Shown piece after piece: positions 38,862-48,022 of a stretch of 64,000 nt of DNA. Source of the DNA: Chloroflexota bacterium (lineage in GTDB: Bacteria > Chloroflexota > Anaerolineae > B4-G1); contig JAAZAN010000156.1 of the NCBI GenBank assembly GCA_012514315.1, forward strand, positions 5,311 through 69,310, in the 5' to 3' direction. Position 1 is the first letter of the stretch. Every line of letters begins with the position of its first letter. The notes beneath the pieces are model-generated. The model saw only the letters and a list, made by a program, of their open reading frames with translations. It was not told where the DNA came from and ran no database searches. A program made the translations under genes and the position numbers.

Positions 38862-39429
38862 TCTGATTGTAATGAGTCATTGCGGAATCAATGCCATCTG
38901 CAAGCCAGACTTGTACTGCCTCCACTGCTCGCGTCAGGATGCCGTCCAGGATCAGTAACTCCTCTGTGGCGAAATCCTGAAGCACATAAGCGGCGGGCTC
39001 CATTCTTCCGGGCGGTCGACCGATGCCAATACGGAGACGAGGAAACTCCCTCTGTCCACCCAGATGCTCAATGATCGATTGAACTCCCTTGTGACCGCCG
39101 CCTCCGCCGGCAGGACGTAGACGAATGGCTCCAAAGGGTAGGTCGAGATCATCATAGATCACCAGGACCTGCCCCAACGGAATGCGGTAAAAGCTCATTA
39201 TCGGCGCCACCGATCGCCCACTCTCGTTCATAAAGGTCTGGGGCTTAACCAGTATCACCTGTCGGCCGCCAATCACGCCGCGTGCACACTCAGCTCCTTT
39301 GAGTTTCTGATCAAAGGACAGGTCACGTGTCGCAGCCAACCGCTGGACACACTGAAACCCGACATTGTGTCGGTTGCCCGCGTATTTCCGCCCGGGATTA
39401 CCCAGACCTGCGATCAAGTACATGTCCAC
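38821..39429 (-). CDS. pth: Peptidyl-tRNA hydrolase
   Basis: YLIAGLGNPGRKYAGNRHNVGF and GGGGGHKGVQS. The GTG 39429 start has GAGG 7 nt upstream. The 3' end overlaps mfd by 41 nt. Confidence 0.9.
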   Translation of the reverse strand: MDMYLIAGLGNPGRKYAGNRHNVGFQCVQRLAATRDLSFDQKLKGAECARGVIGGRQVILVKPQTFMNESGRSVAPIMSFYRIPLGQVLVIYDDLDLPFGAIRLRPAGGGGGHKGVQSIIEHLGGQREFPRLRIGIGRPPGRMEPAAYVLQDFATEELLILDGILTRAVEAVQVWLADGIDSAMTHYNQSGEGEHIRASESI

Positions 39430-39450
39430 GTGCTCGCCTCAGTGACAACG

Positions 39451-39480
39451 GAAGAAAACGCAACACACGATCGTGTTGCG
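39451..39480 (-). terminator. Rho-independent terminator-like hairpin
   Basis: CGCAACAC (39459-66) pairs with GTGTTGCG (39473-80) around a 6-nt loop. On the minus strand it is followed by TTTTCTTCC, and it lies only about 22 nt upstream of the pth start. Confidence 0.45.
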
Positions 39481-39527
39481 CTCAGCATAGAACCGCATGG
39501 GAGGACGGTAATGCTCAGGCCGCCACG

Positions 39528-40283
39528 CTAGTCCTGAGACGGCCCAATCCGCTCGCGCAGGAACCACCGTACACCGGCCTTGACAACCAGGTATATGCCC
39601 CACAACGATAAGAGAAGCATACTGATCGTCCCACCTGCGCAGAAAGCGCTTCGCAGTTCACCGACGTCCAGAACAACGCTCGGTGAGTCATCATCGACGG
39701 GCGCTGATGGCGTCGAAACCTTTGCATCCTCTGTACCCAGTGGAGTCGGTGATGGTCGCGGCGTCGACGTGGCTGGAAGCTCGACGGACATCGGAGTCGG
39801 AGACGGACCCGCCGGGATTGTGGGTTCCGGCTCAGGCGTCTCCGTCGGCTCCTCAGAGGTCGGAGAAGGAACCGGCTGCGCGTTGTTGACTGTTACCCGG
39901 CGAACGAATACGACATACGGGCTGTTAGCGTCATTCTCGCCCCAAACAGCCAGCGCCAGCGTGTACTGTCCATCCGGAATGATCGTCGTGTCCCAACCGG
40001 CCAACACGCCGTTGTCGACAGGCGTGCTCTGCACCACCGCGAAGTCGATCCACTGCGATTCGCCAGTCTCCTGCGCTCCAGCGGCGTACCGCAACTGGTA
40101 GAAGCTCAAGCTAGGGTGTGTGGCGATTCCGGTGATGTCAACAACCCCACTGACCGTCATCCCGTCGGTCGGATACGTGATAACCGACCGCGCCTGGAGG
40201 AGCGGTGCAGCCCAACCGGGTGCTCGCACCGCAACTAGCGCGAGTACCAAGGCTATCAATATGACTAACACACGCTTGACCAT
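39528..40283 (-). CDS. Secreted Ig-like domain protein with a Pro/Thr/Ser/Glu-rich linker and a C-terminal TM anchor
   Basis: ATG 40283 follows GAGGA. The signal peptide is MVKRVLVILIALVLALVAVRAPGWA. A beta-rich domain (ITYPTDGMTVSGVVDITG..DGQYTLALAVWG) leads into a PSPTSEEPTETPEPEPT linker and a terminal TM. Confidence 0.55.
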   Translation of the reverse strand: MVKRVLVILIALVLALVAVRAPGWAAPLLQARSVITYPTDGMTVSGVVDITGIATHPSLSFYQLRYAAGAQETGESQWIDFAVVQSTPVDNGVLAGWDTTIIPDGQYTLALAVWGENDANSPYVVFVRRVTVNNAQPVPSPTSEEPTETPEPEPTIPAGPSPTPMSVELPATSTPRPSPTPLGTEDAKVSTPSAPVDDDSPSVVLDVGELRSAFCAGGTISMLLLSLWGIYLVVKAGVRWFLRERIGPSQD

Positions 40284-40481
40284 AGCATCCTCGCACCCTG
40301 AACTTCGACAAGCCGATCCAAGGGAAGCTACCACTGACCCTCAAGATTGCTGCCACACGCAATGGGGCGGCGCTTGCCAGAGGATGAGTGTAGCACGAAA
40401 GGATGATAATGACAAGGCGCGGCACTTAGGGCCAGCCTCGTCCTGACCTGACAGGCATACGATCAAACAAGTCAATTCCAG

Positions 40482-40509
40482 TTGACGCCTCACACGAGTC
40501 TGCTATACT
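40482..40509 (+). promoter_or_regulatory. Putative sigma-70 promoter for the sigma/anti-sigma pair
   Basis: TTGACG (40482-87), 16-nt spacer, TATACT (40504-09). Confidence 0.45.
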
Positions 40510-40560
40510 CAATTCCCTGGAATGCATGCCACGTAACCCCGATAGTGCGATGGTGTTCTA

Positions 40561-41178
40561 GTGAGTGAGACAACATCGCGCTCCTCGGAACGGACAGTAG
40601 ACACACTTATGAACGAGGAAAGCGATGCCATACTAATTGCTCGTGCGAAAGAGGAACCTGAAGCTTTTGGGGTCCTGTACGAGCGATATGTGGGGAAGAT
40701 CTACAACTACATATACTACCGTACCACCAATCATCACGATGCAGAGGATCTGACTGCTCGCACATTTCAGCGCGCACTCAAGCATATGCCGCGTTACGTC
40801 GATCGCGGCGCGCCCTTCTCGGCTTGGTTGTATCGTATCGCTCACAATGTAGTGGCCAACTGGCATAGAGATCGCTCGCGCCGCCAATTCGTCCCGCTGG
40901 ACGATGTGCCGTTGACCGGGCCGTCGCGCGAAGACCCGGTTGTGTTGAGCGAGGAGTCGAGTCAGGAAGAGACATTGATGCAGGCAGTGCGAAGACTCCC
41001 GCCTGAGCGACAGCAATTGATCATCCTCAAATTCGTTGAACAGATGAGCAACGCCGAAATCGGCAGGATTATGGGACGAACCGAGGGAGCTATCAAATCG
41101 TTGTACCATCGCACATTGGTTGCATTGCGCGAGGAACTAGACCACATCCAAGACCAGACGATGGGGAACAAACAATGA
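40561..41178 (+). CDS. ECF-type sigma-70 family RNA polymerase sigma factor
   Basis: Region 2 is FGVLYERYVGKIYNYIYYRT..DAEDLTARTFQRAL..FSAWLYRIAHNVVANWHR. Region 4 is LPPERQQLIILKFVEQMSNAEIGRIMGRTEGAIKSLYHR. An alternative start is ATG 40609. Confidence 0.85.
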   Translation: MSETTSRSSERTVDTLMNEESDAILIARAKEEPEAFGVLYERYVGKIYNYIYYRTTNHHDAEDLTARTFQRALKHMPRYVDRGAPFSAWLYRIAHNVVANWHRDRSRRQFVPLDDVPLTGPSREDPVVLSEESSQEETLMQAVRRLPPERQQLIILKFVEQMSNAEIGRIMGRTEGAIKSLYHRTLVALREELDHIQDQTMGNKQ

Positions 41179-41555
41179 ACGCATCCAACATATCCGACCT
41201 GTTGGCGAGACACGCCGATGGACTGATGAACCCTAGCAGTACTAGCCTTAAGACTCCGGCCACATGCATGACGGAGACCGATAGCGTCTTGCCGTTGCTC
41301 AGTTTGGCCGAACTGCTTCATACCCACATGAAGCCCGTATATCCCCGGCCCGCTTTTGTCCACAAACTGCGAAGTGAGCTCGTGGAGAACGACAGGCGGC
41401 GCATGGCAGTGGCAAGGCGCATGCGGCGAATACTGACGATCGGGGCTGCTGTGCTAGGGTCTGTGGTGTCTATCGCCTCCGTTGTGGGCGCGATCATCCT
41501 GTTTCATTCAAAGAGGCAAGCGCGAGGTCGAACTGCTCACGCGCCATCCACCTAG
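41175..41555 (+). CDS. Putative membrane-anchored anti-sigma factor
   Basis: ATGA overlap with the sigma factor gene. It has a single C-terminal TM (ILTIGAAVLGSVVSIASVVGAIILF). No recognisable zinc motif is present. Confidence 0.4.
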   Translation: MNASNISDLLARHADGLMNPSSTSLKTPATCMTETDSVLPLLSLAELLHTHMKPVYPRPAFVHKLRSELVENDRRRMAVARRMRRILTIGAAVLGSVVSIASVVGAIILFHSKRQARGRTAHAPST

Positions 41556-41579
41556 GACCCAAGTTCACCACAATCTGAC

Positions 41580-41612
41580 CAGGAGCCCTGCTATGTGATA
41601 GCAGGGCTCCTG
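41580..41612. terminator. Perfect 15-bp hairpin between convergent genes (bidirectional terminator candidate)
   Basis: CAGGAGCCCTGCTAT-gtg-ATAGCAGGGCTCCTG. There is no long U-tract on either side. Confidence 0.55.
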
Positions 41613-41641
41613 CCGCCCTCCCTTCAGGCGATCGCCGCGCC

Positions 41642-43792
41642 CTATCCGCTGCGCGCGAGAACGATCGGCAACCAACGAGAGAACGCATGAGGCATCAGCG
41701 TGACTTGAGGAATCGCGATCTCCAGGCGCCCCATGCCAGGCTCAATGTGAACTGGAAGGTAGGCCGGCAGCCAACCGGGTGGCGGCTTCCACCAGCCCTC
41801 TGGCGTCACGATGAGGCGATGGTATCCACAGCCCAGGGTGGCGCTCAGCTCCCAGCTAGCCCCTGCGCCCGGAGAGACCACATCGGTGAAGGCGGCATTG
41901 ACCAGCCGGAACGAGACGTTGGTGAGCGTGACGACATCGGCAGACGACAGACCATCGTCTGATGCCCCTGCGACCGCGCCTACGACAAGGTGCACCGCCC
42001 TCTCAAGCACGAAGGTTGTGCAGGCGGAACCGTCCGTCCACGAACCTGGGTTTCCAGCCCGGTCCCAGGCGCGGACCCGGAAGCAAACCGTCTGATTGTG
42101 AGAAGCTCCGGCATAGGACGCCGATGTTGTCGTGGTCGATGACTGCCAGTCCCGCCAGGCTTCCCCTCCCTCCTTAACCTGTACGTCGTACATCCAGATC
42201 CCCGCCGCATCGTCCGAGCCGGACCATGCGACCTGAACTGTATAACTGTAAGTCTTCACGGGCACAGGCTGGATCGATGCCGTCGGCGGCACGGTGTCGG
42301 ACTCGATCACCAGATAAGGTTCGCCGCCGATGAAGTAGTCGGTCGGTGCGTCCACGAGATGGGCTGTAGCGCCAGGCAGGGTGAGCGTATACGTGCCGCC
42401 CACGGGCGTCAGGGGCTGGGTCACACCACGGCGATCTACCCGCGTCGCCGAGGGTAGCGTGGCGCCGTAGCCGAACTCCAGAGTGGTCGAGATGGTGTTC
42501 CACACGACGCTGACCTTGCCCCACGGCGTACCCCAGAAGGTGACACGACGAACCGTGCCTCCCAGGTGGTTCACATTTGTCACCAGCGCGGGCGAGATGA
42601 GATAGGTCGACGCCACCTGATACGCGACGTAGGATGGTCGCAGGTACGTCTCATCGTGGGTGAGACCGAAGTGTTCCTCCATATCGTGATCGTGAACGCG
42701 GAACCAGTGATATCGCTGGACGCCGGCCGCGCGCGCATTGGCGTACGACTGGATCAAGAATGCCGCCTGCTCCACCTCGGTCGCACTGTACTCTGTACGG
42801 GCGCCAGGATAGTCCCCATCGTAGACCGGCACGCCGGTCTCCGTAAGCCAAACCGGGTGGTCTGTCGCATAGAGACGCATGCGCGACTGGATAGACTTGA
42901 CGATGTCGTACGTCGTGGACGAGCGACCATAGAGATGTACGGACATCGCGTCGAAGAAGTAGTTGTGGGCAGGCGCCTGCGGATCATCGTTGATGATATC
43001 GAGCACCCGCTCGTAGAACGTGGGATCAGCCCAATAGTGCAGCCCTCCGAACAGTACGGTCGCGTCCGGATCGGCCAACTTCGCAGCCCGATAGCCCACT
43101 TTGAGCAATTGTGCATATTCCGCATCAGTGCCAAGCCAGAACCAGCTCCACTCGGGTTCGTTCCAGATCTCCCACACACGCACGCGGCTCTTGAAGTGGG
43201 TCACTGTGTTGTACACAAACTCAGCCCACACGTTGCCGTTGAAGTTGGTGGGACTCCAGGTATTGTACAGTCCGTTCGGAGGGCACGCCCCCGGATCCGA
43301 GTCCGCTAAGGCCGAGGACAGCGCCAGAAACCGGTCGGTTTCTGGCGCGTACCAGCCCATGGGACGTTCTGCATCAGCGGTGCGCACGCCCGGGGCGACG
43401 CTGGCGCCAATACTGCAGCCCGGCTTCCGGAAATTCGGGGGCGTCGCCATTAGAATCCCGATGAGATCGACGCCATAGGACGCGACATCGTTGACAACAC
43501 TGTCGTAAGATTCGTAGCTCCCCGCCTCTCTGATTCTGTCCCACCGAAAATCAATGCGATCGTGCGTCACGCCGAGATTCCGCACCAACGGCAGATAGGG
43601 GCGATCGTTCGGTCCGTAGTAATGCGAGTAACAGACACCGCCAAAGCCGTCCGACCCGGATACCGGCGGCAACGGCGTTGCCGCCACGGGTCGCGCCGAC
43701 ACAGGCAAGGCGCCGGCTATCCAGATCAGCAGCGTCACAGGCAGGACGAGCGTCAGCAGCAGTCCCAGCTCGCGTTTGGGTTCTTCTAGCAC
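41642..43792 (-). CDS. Secreted clan GH-A (beta/alpha)8 glycoside hydrolase with C-terminal Fn3/Ig-like domains
   Basis: GTG 43792 follows GGAGG, and a signal/TM segment LGLLLTLVLPVTLLIWIAGALPVSA is present. The acid/base motif is VWEIWNEPEW and the nucleophile motif is VWLTETG. A C-terminal WSGSDDAAGIWMYDVQV..FRVRAWDRAGNPG module follows. The family is not assignable by eye. Confidence 0.65.
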   Translation of the reverse strand: MLEEPKRELGLLLTLVLPVTLLIWIAGALPVSARPVAATPLPPVSGSDGFGGVCYSHYYGPNDRPYLPLVRNLGVTHDRIDFRWDRIREAGSYESYDSVVNDVASYGVDLIGILMATPPNFRKPGCSIGASVAPGVRTADAERPMGWYAPETDRFLALSSALADSDPGACPPNGLYNTWSPTNFNGNVWAEFVYNTVTHFKSRVRVWEIWNEPEWSWFWLGTDAEYAQLLKVGYRAAKLADPDATVLFGGLHYWADPTFYERVLDIINDDPQAPAHNYFFDAMSVHLYGRSSTTYDIVKSIQSRMRLYATDHPVWLTETGVPVYDGDYPGARTEYSATEVEQAAFLIQSYANARAAGVQRYHWFRVHDHDMEEHFGLTHDETYLRPSYVAYQVASTYLISPALVTNVNHLGGTVRRVTFWGTPWGKVSVVWNTISTTLEFGYGATLPSATRVDRRGVTQPLTPVGGTYTLTLPGATAHLVDAPTDYFIGGEPYLVIESDTVPPTASIQPVPVKTYSYTVQVAWSGSDDAAGIWMYDVQVKEGGEAWRDWQSSTTTTSASYAGASHNQTVCFRVRAWDRAGNPGSWTDGSACTTFVLERAVHLVVGAVAGASDDGLSSADVVTLTNVSFRLVNAAFTDVVSPGAGASWELSATLGCGYHRLIVTPEGWWKPPPGWLPAYLPVHIEPGMGRLEIAIPQVTLMPHAFSRWLPIVLARSG

Positions 43793-43876
43793 ATTGACAC
43801 CTCCATCACTCAGTATAGTGACAGGGCAATCCGGTGTCAATGGGAGTTCAGTCACGCGTGCTCGTTCAGTCTTGAC

Positions 43877-43904
43877 TTGACAACTCAACAGACGCGATTA
43901 TAAT
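43877..43904 (+). promoter_or_regulatory. Near-consensus sigma-70 promoter for the padR-MFS pair
   Basis: TTGACA (43877-82), 16-nt spacer, TATAAT (43899-904). The -10 is embedded in a short CGAT..ATCG inverted repeat. Confidence 0.5.
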
Positions 43905-43945
43905 ATCGAAGGTCGATATCGTTACCCGATAATGGAAATAGACAG

Positions 43946-44278
43946 ATGTTGCAGGATGTCTTCTCGGGCTTCATCAAACTGCATATACTGTATCACGCCG
44001 CACAGGCGCCGGTCTATGGTCTGTGGCTGATTGAGGAGTTGTCTCATCACGGTTACACACTGAGCCCTGGCACTCTCTATCCCACTCTCCACGGTCTGGA
44101 GGAGCAGGGCTATCTGACCAGTCACAGAGAAGTCATCGAGGGACGCCAGAGACGGTACTACGTGATCACGCCGACAGGCGAGGCGGCGCTGTCCGAGGCG
44201 CGCCGCCGTCTCAAGGAACTTGTCGACGAGGTGTGTGGTGACGCTGGATGTGATGCCCCAGACGCCAGGAATCGATAA
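43946..44278 (+). CDS. PadR family transcriptional regulator
   Basis: HILYHAAQAPVYGLWLIEELSHHGYTLSPGTLYPTLHGLEEQGYL. Confidence 0.85.
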   Translation: MLQDVFSGFIKLHILYHAAQAPVYGLWLIEELSHHGYTLSPGTLYPTLHGLEEQGYLTSHREVIEGRQRRYYVITPTGEAALSEARRRLKELVDEVCGDAGCDAPDARNR

Positions 44279-44290
44279 AAGGAGCCAGAC

Positions 44291-45553
44291 ATGATCGAGA
44301 ATGACCATCAGCAGCGGGACAGGCCAGCAATCCGCTCACTGCCTCGCAATGTATGGGCCGTCAGCCTGACAAGTTTCTTCATGGATATCTCGAGCGAGAT
44401 GGTGATCAACATCCTGCCGCTGTTCCTGTCCAATGTACTTGGGGTCAAGACCAACATCATTGGGTTGATCGAGGGGATCGCCGAAGCCACCGCCAGTATA
44501 CTGAAGGTCTTCTCGGGGTGGCTATCTGACCGGCTCGGCGCGCGTAAGTGGCTGGCAGTCGCTGGTTATGGTCTCTCCGCGCTTGCCAAGCCATTCTTCT
44601 ACATTGCCAACTCGTGGGGAATGGTCGCCGGTGTGCGCTGGGCCGACCGCGTAGGCAAAGGGGTACGTACTGCACCACGGGACGCACTGGTCGCCGACAG
44701 CATCAAGGAAGAGCATCGCGGGCTGGCCTTCGGGTTCCACCGTGCAGCCGACACAGCCGGAGCGGCATTGGGTCTCGTCATCGCGCTCGTCGTGGTCTGG
44801 CTGGCACAGGCCAGCAGTGCGACTCTCGGTCGATCGACATTCCAGCTTATCGTTCTGATCAGCCTGATACCCGCGGTTCTGGCAGTTCTTTCGTTGGCCA
44901 TCGGCGCTCGCGACGTCCAGGTTACAGCGCGACAGACGCTGCCGCGCATCTCGTTCCGCGGCCTGGGCAAGCGATTTGCCATCTTCATGCTCATCGTGGG
45001 CCTGTTCGACCTGGGCAATTCATCGGATGCATTTCTTGTACTCCGTGCGCAGGAGCGTGGGCTGAACGTCCTCGGCGTGCTGGGGATGCTGATCACATTC
45101 AACCTGGTATACACGATCGTCAGCACACCAGCTGGCTCATTGTCCGACCGGATCGGACGCCGGCGCGTGATTATCGGCGGGTGGTTGGTCTACGCAGCCA
45201 TCTACTTCGGCTTCGCCATCGCCGGCACGGGCTGGCATGTTTGGGCCCTGTATGCCGTCTACGGAGTGTACTACGGCCTGGCCTACGGAACGACCAAGGC
45301 GATGGTAGCCGATATCGTGCCGACGGAGTTGCGCGGCACAGCATACGGTACGTACAACGCTATCCTGGGCGTTCTGGACTTCCCCGCTTCGGTCATCGCC
45401 GGTATTCTGTGGCAGGGGATCGGCGCCTGGCAGGGCTTTGGCGCCCCCGCCCCGTTCTTGTTCGGCGCAGTGATGTCGCTCATCGCAGCGATCCTGATGG
45501 CCACCGTGATGCCGAGCGCCAAGACCGAGCTGAACAACAGCACGCGCAGCTAG
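44291..45553 (+). CDS. MFS transporter
   Basis: About 12 TM helices, with MFS motif-A-like GWLSDRLGARK and SLSDRIGRRR. Confidence 0.85.
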   Translation: MIENDHQQRDRPAIRSLPRNVWAVSLTSFFMDISSEMVINILPLFLSNVLGVKTNIIGLIEGIAEATASILKVFSGWLSDRLGARKWLAVAGYGLSALAKPFFYIANSWGMVAGVRWADRVGKGVRTAPRDALVADSIKEEHRGLAFGFHRAADTAGAALGLVIALVVVWLAQASSATLGRSTFQLIVLISLIPAVLAVLSLAIGARDVQVTARQTLPRISFRGLGKRFAIFMLIVGLFDLGNSSDAFLVLRAQERGLNVLGVLGMLITFNLVYTIVSTPAGSLSDRIGRRRVIIGGWLVYAAIYFGFAIAGTGWHVWALYAVYGVYYGLAYGTTKAMVADIVPTELRGTAYGTYNAILGVLDFPASVIAGILWQGIGAWQGFGAPAPFLFGAVMSLIAAILMATVMPSAKTELNNSTRS

Positions 45554-46821
45554 ATCAGGTTCCGCAACGCGGCGCCCAGCCGATGAATCTCGTCCACCGT
45601 ATTGTAGTGCACCGCGCCAATCCGGACCATACCGCCCTGCGATTCCACACCCAGGCGCTCGGTCACGGCCAGCGCGTAGTAGTTTCCGTCCCAGACGAAA
45701 ATGCCGTCGTGTCCGAGGGCCGTGGCGATGTCCAGCGGATGTCGTCCCTCCCAGGTGAACGACACGGTGGGGACTCGCTCATCCAGCCGGCCACGATCGA
45801 CAATGCCGTGGATATGCACACCAGGCAACTGCTCCAATTCTCCCAGGATGGCAGAACTCAGCACGTGGTCGTATTCCCGCAGCACAGTCAAGCCGGTCTT
45901 GAGCTGTAAGCGTCGCCCGTTGAGCCCCGGAAAGCGATCGACATAGGCCCCGCCATACTGTTCACCGATCGACGCCAGGTACTCTACCGCAGCGAGCACA
46001 CCCGCGATCCCCTCGTGGTTGAGCGTGCCCGTCTCGAACTTTCCCGGCGGCTCGTCGGGAGCCGGTCGCACCTTATAGGCGCGCAGTACCTCCAGCAGAT
46101 CCTGTCGTCCGTGGAGCACGCCCACATGCGGCCCGTAGAACTTGTACGCGGAGCAGACCAGGAAATCACTCCCCAGCGCCTGCACATCAATCGGGCCGTG
46201 AGGCGCATATTGCACTGCATCCACAAACGCCAGTGCACCCACGTCGTGGGCCCATTTCACGATGGTGGCTACATCGTGGACTGTCCCGGTCGCATTCGAG
46301 GCATAGCCAATGGCGACGATCTTTGTGCGCTCGTTAATCAGGTCGTGCATCGCGTCCATATCGAGCGTGTAGTCCTCCACATCGAAGTCGACCCAGCGCA
46401 CAGTCGCCCCACGGTCTTCCGCGATCAGCAACCAGGGTGAGATGTTGGCATCGTGATCCATCCGCGTCACGACAATCTCGTCACCCTCGTCGATCTGGCG
46501 CGCCAGTGCCCGGCTCACACTCAGAGTGAGTGTCGTCATATTGGCGCCGAAGACGATCTCATCGGGTGACGCTGCATTGAGCATATCCGCTATTGCGACA
46601 TGCGCCTCGTGCAGAACTGCATCGCTACGCTGACTCGTAGCGAACGCGCCCCCGTGATTCGCATTGTGGTTGATCAGATAGCCGACCATAGCGTCAACCA
46701 CACTCTGTGGCACCTGCGTGCCGCCGGGGTTGTCCAGAAACACGACCGGCCGTCCATCCAGCGTCTGGGTGAGAGCCGGGAAAGAGGCCCGAACCGCGTC
46801 AACATCGAAAGACATTGTCAT
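45550..46821 (-). CDS. Class V aminotransferase, cysteine desulfurase-like (SufS/CsdA-related) protein
   Basis: FLDNPGGTQVP, HDANISPW and IGYASNATGTVHD. The PLP-lysine region is LVCSAYKFYGPHVG. Confidence 0.75.
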   Translation of the reverse strand: MTMSFDVDAVRASFPALTQTLDGRPVVFLDNPGGTQVPQSVVDAMVGYLINHNANHGGAFATSQRSDAVLHEAHVAIADMLNAASPDEIVFGANMTTLTLSVSRALARQIDEGDEIVVTRMDHDANISPWLLIAEDRGATVRWVDFDVEDYTLDMDAMHDLINERTKIVAIGYASNATGTVHDVATIVKWAHDVGALAFVDAVQYAPHGPIDVQALGSDFLVCSAYKFYGPHVGVLHGRQDLLEVLRAYKVRPAPDEPPGKFETGTLNHEGIAGVLAAVEYLASIGEQYGGAYVDRFPGLNGRRLQLKTGLTVLREYDHVLSSAILGELEQLPGVHIHGIVDRGRLDERVPTVSFTWEGRHPLDIATALGHDGIFVWDGNYYALAVTERLGVESQGGMVRIGAVHYNTVDEIHRLGAALRNLI

Positions 46822-46831
46822 CTATACATCC

Positions 46832-48022
46832 TCACCTAAGGTCAACCTGAGCCAGTGCCAACGTCCGCACTGCGGCTGTCACGCCGGTACCTGGCTCGAA
46901 CGCATATCCACAAGCCGCGAGACCAGCCTCTATGGCATTGACCGTTGCCAGTAGATCGCCTGCGTTCGCTGTTCCCATATGTCCGATGCGGAAGTACTCG
47001 GCGCGAATGGCAGGATGGAGACCGCCAGCCAGAATCGCGCCCGCAGCCTTGACACGGGGCAACAAATCATTGCCAGAGACGCCTGCAGGATACCGGGGCG
47101 CAGTCATCGTGTTGGCAGCGCACTCAGCGCTCACCGGCACCTGGCCCAGGCCCAAAGCCGCCATAGCTGCCTTACAGGCCGAACCCAGCGCCCGGTGACG
47201 TCGGAACCGCGCCTCCATGCCCTCGGTCAGTATGTGCTTGAGGCTGACATTCAAGGCGCAGATGAGATTGACGGGCGGTGTGCCGAAGTAACCGGCCTTG
47301 CGCGCCTCGTACGCCTGCAGGATGGGGAGCCAGTTTGTCCAGTCGGCATAGTAGTTGGCCACCGGCGACTTGCGCCGCCTGAACTTCTCCATCGCCCGCG
47401 GTCCGGCGACGAGCAGAGCCAGGCCGGGTGGAACGCTGATGGCCTTCTGCGACGCCGTGAGAGCTATATCCACGCCCCACTCATCCATGCGCAGTGCTTC
47501 CCCGGCCACTGAACAGACCCCATCTACAACCGTGAGTACTCCGTACCGACGCGCCAGAGCAGCCAGCTCTTCAACGTCAGCTACAACACCCGTCGACGTA
47601 TCGACGTGCGTCACGGTCATCACCTGGTACACAGCGCCTTTCAGAGCGTCCTCCACCTCATCCAGCGTTGGGCGTGCGCCCACTGGAGCCCGCACATGAG
47701 TCACCACAGCGCCGTAACGCTCAAGCAACTCGCCAAAACGGTCGCTGAAGTAGCCCGTGTTCACAACCAATGCCCTATCGCCGGGCTCGATGAGATTGGC
47801 GCCAGCCAGATCCATCGCCAGCGTCCCCGATCCTGCGATCACAAAGGGCTGTCCATCGGACGACAGAAAGACGTCGCGCAAGCGCTCGAGGGCCTGTCCA
47901 AACTCCTCAATGAACTCGGGGGCCACGTGGCTATTCGTCGGAGCACCCAGCGCCGCCAGCACCTCAGGCTCGAACTCGATCGGGCCAGGAATCATCAGCA
48001 ACGAACGATCCTTCATCGTCAT
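46832..48022 (-). CDS. Alanine-glyoxylate / serine-pyruvate aminotransferase (class V)
   Basis: LLMIPGPIEFEPEVL and VTHVDTSTGVVADV. The PLP-lysine motif is LTASQKAISVPPGLA. Confidence 0.8.
   Translation of the reverse strand: MTMKDRSLLMIPGPIEFEPEVLAALGAPTNSHVAPEFIEEFGQALERLRDVFLSSDGQPFVIAGSGTLAMDLAGANLIEPGDRALVVNTGYFSDRFGELLERYGAVVTHVRAPVGARPTLDEVEDALKGAVYQVMTVTHVDTSTGVVADVEELAALARRYGVLTVVDGVCSVAGEALRMDEWGVDIALTASQKAISVPPGLALLVAGPRAMEKFRRRKSPVANYYADWTNWLPILQAYEARKAGYFGTPPVNLICALNVSLKHILTEGMEARFRRHRALGSACKAAMAALGLGQVPVSAECAANTMTAPRYPAGVSGNDLLPRVKAAGAILAGGLHPAIRAEYFRIGHMGTANAGDLLATVNAIEAGLAACGYAFEPGTGVTAAVRTLALAQVDLR

Noticed and set aside
45550-45553. Convergent MFS and desulfurase-like genes share the palindrome CTAG as overlapping stop codons.
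   Set aside because: It is a curiosity of compact genomes and implies no intergenic terminator. It carries no functional signal in itself.
44548-45909. A 453-aa plus-strand ORF overlapping the MFS transporter and the cysteine-desulfurase-like gene.
   Set aside because: Its composition is Arg/Gly/Pro-rich and low-complexity, with no motifs. It is an alternative frame of clearly real genes, which is a typical high-GC long-ORF artefact.
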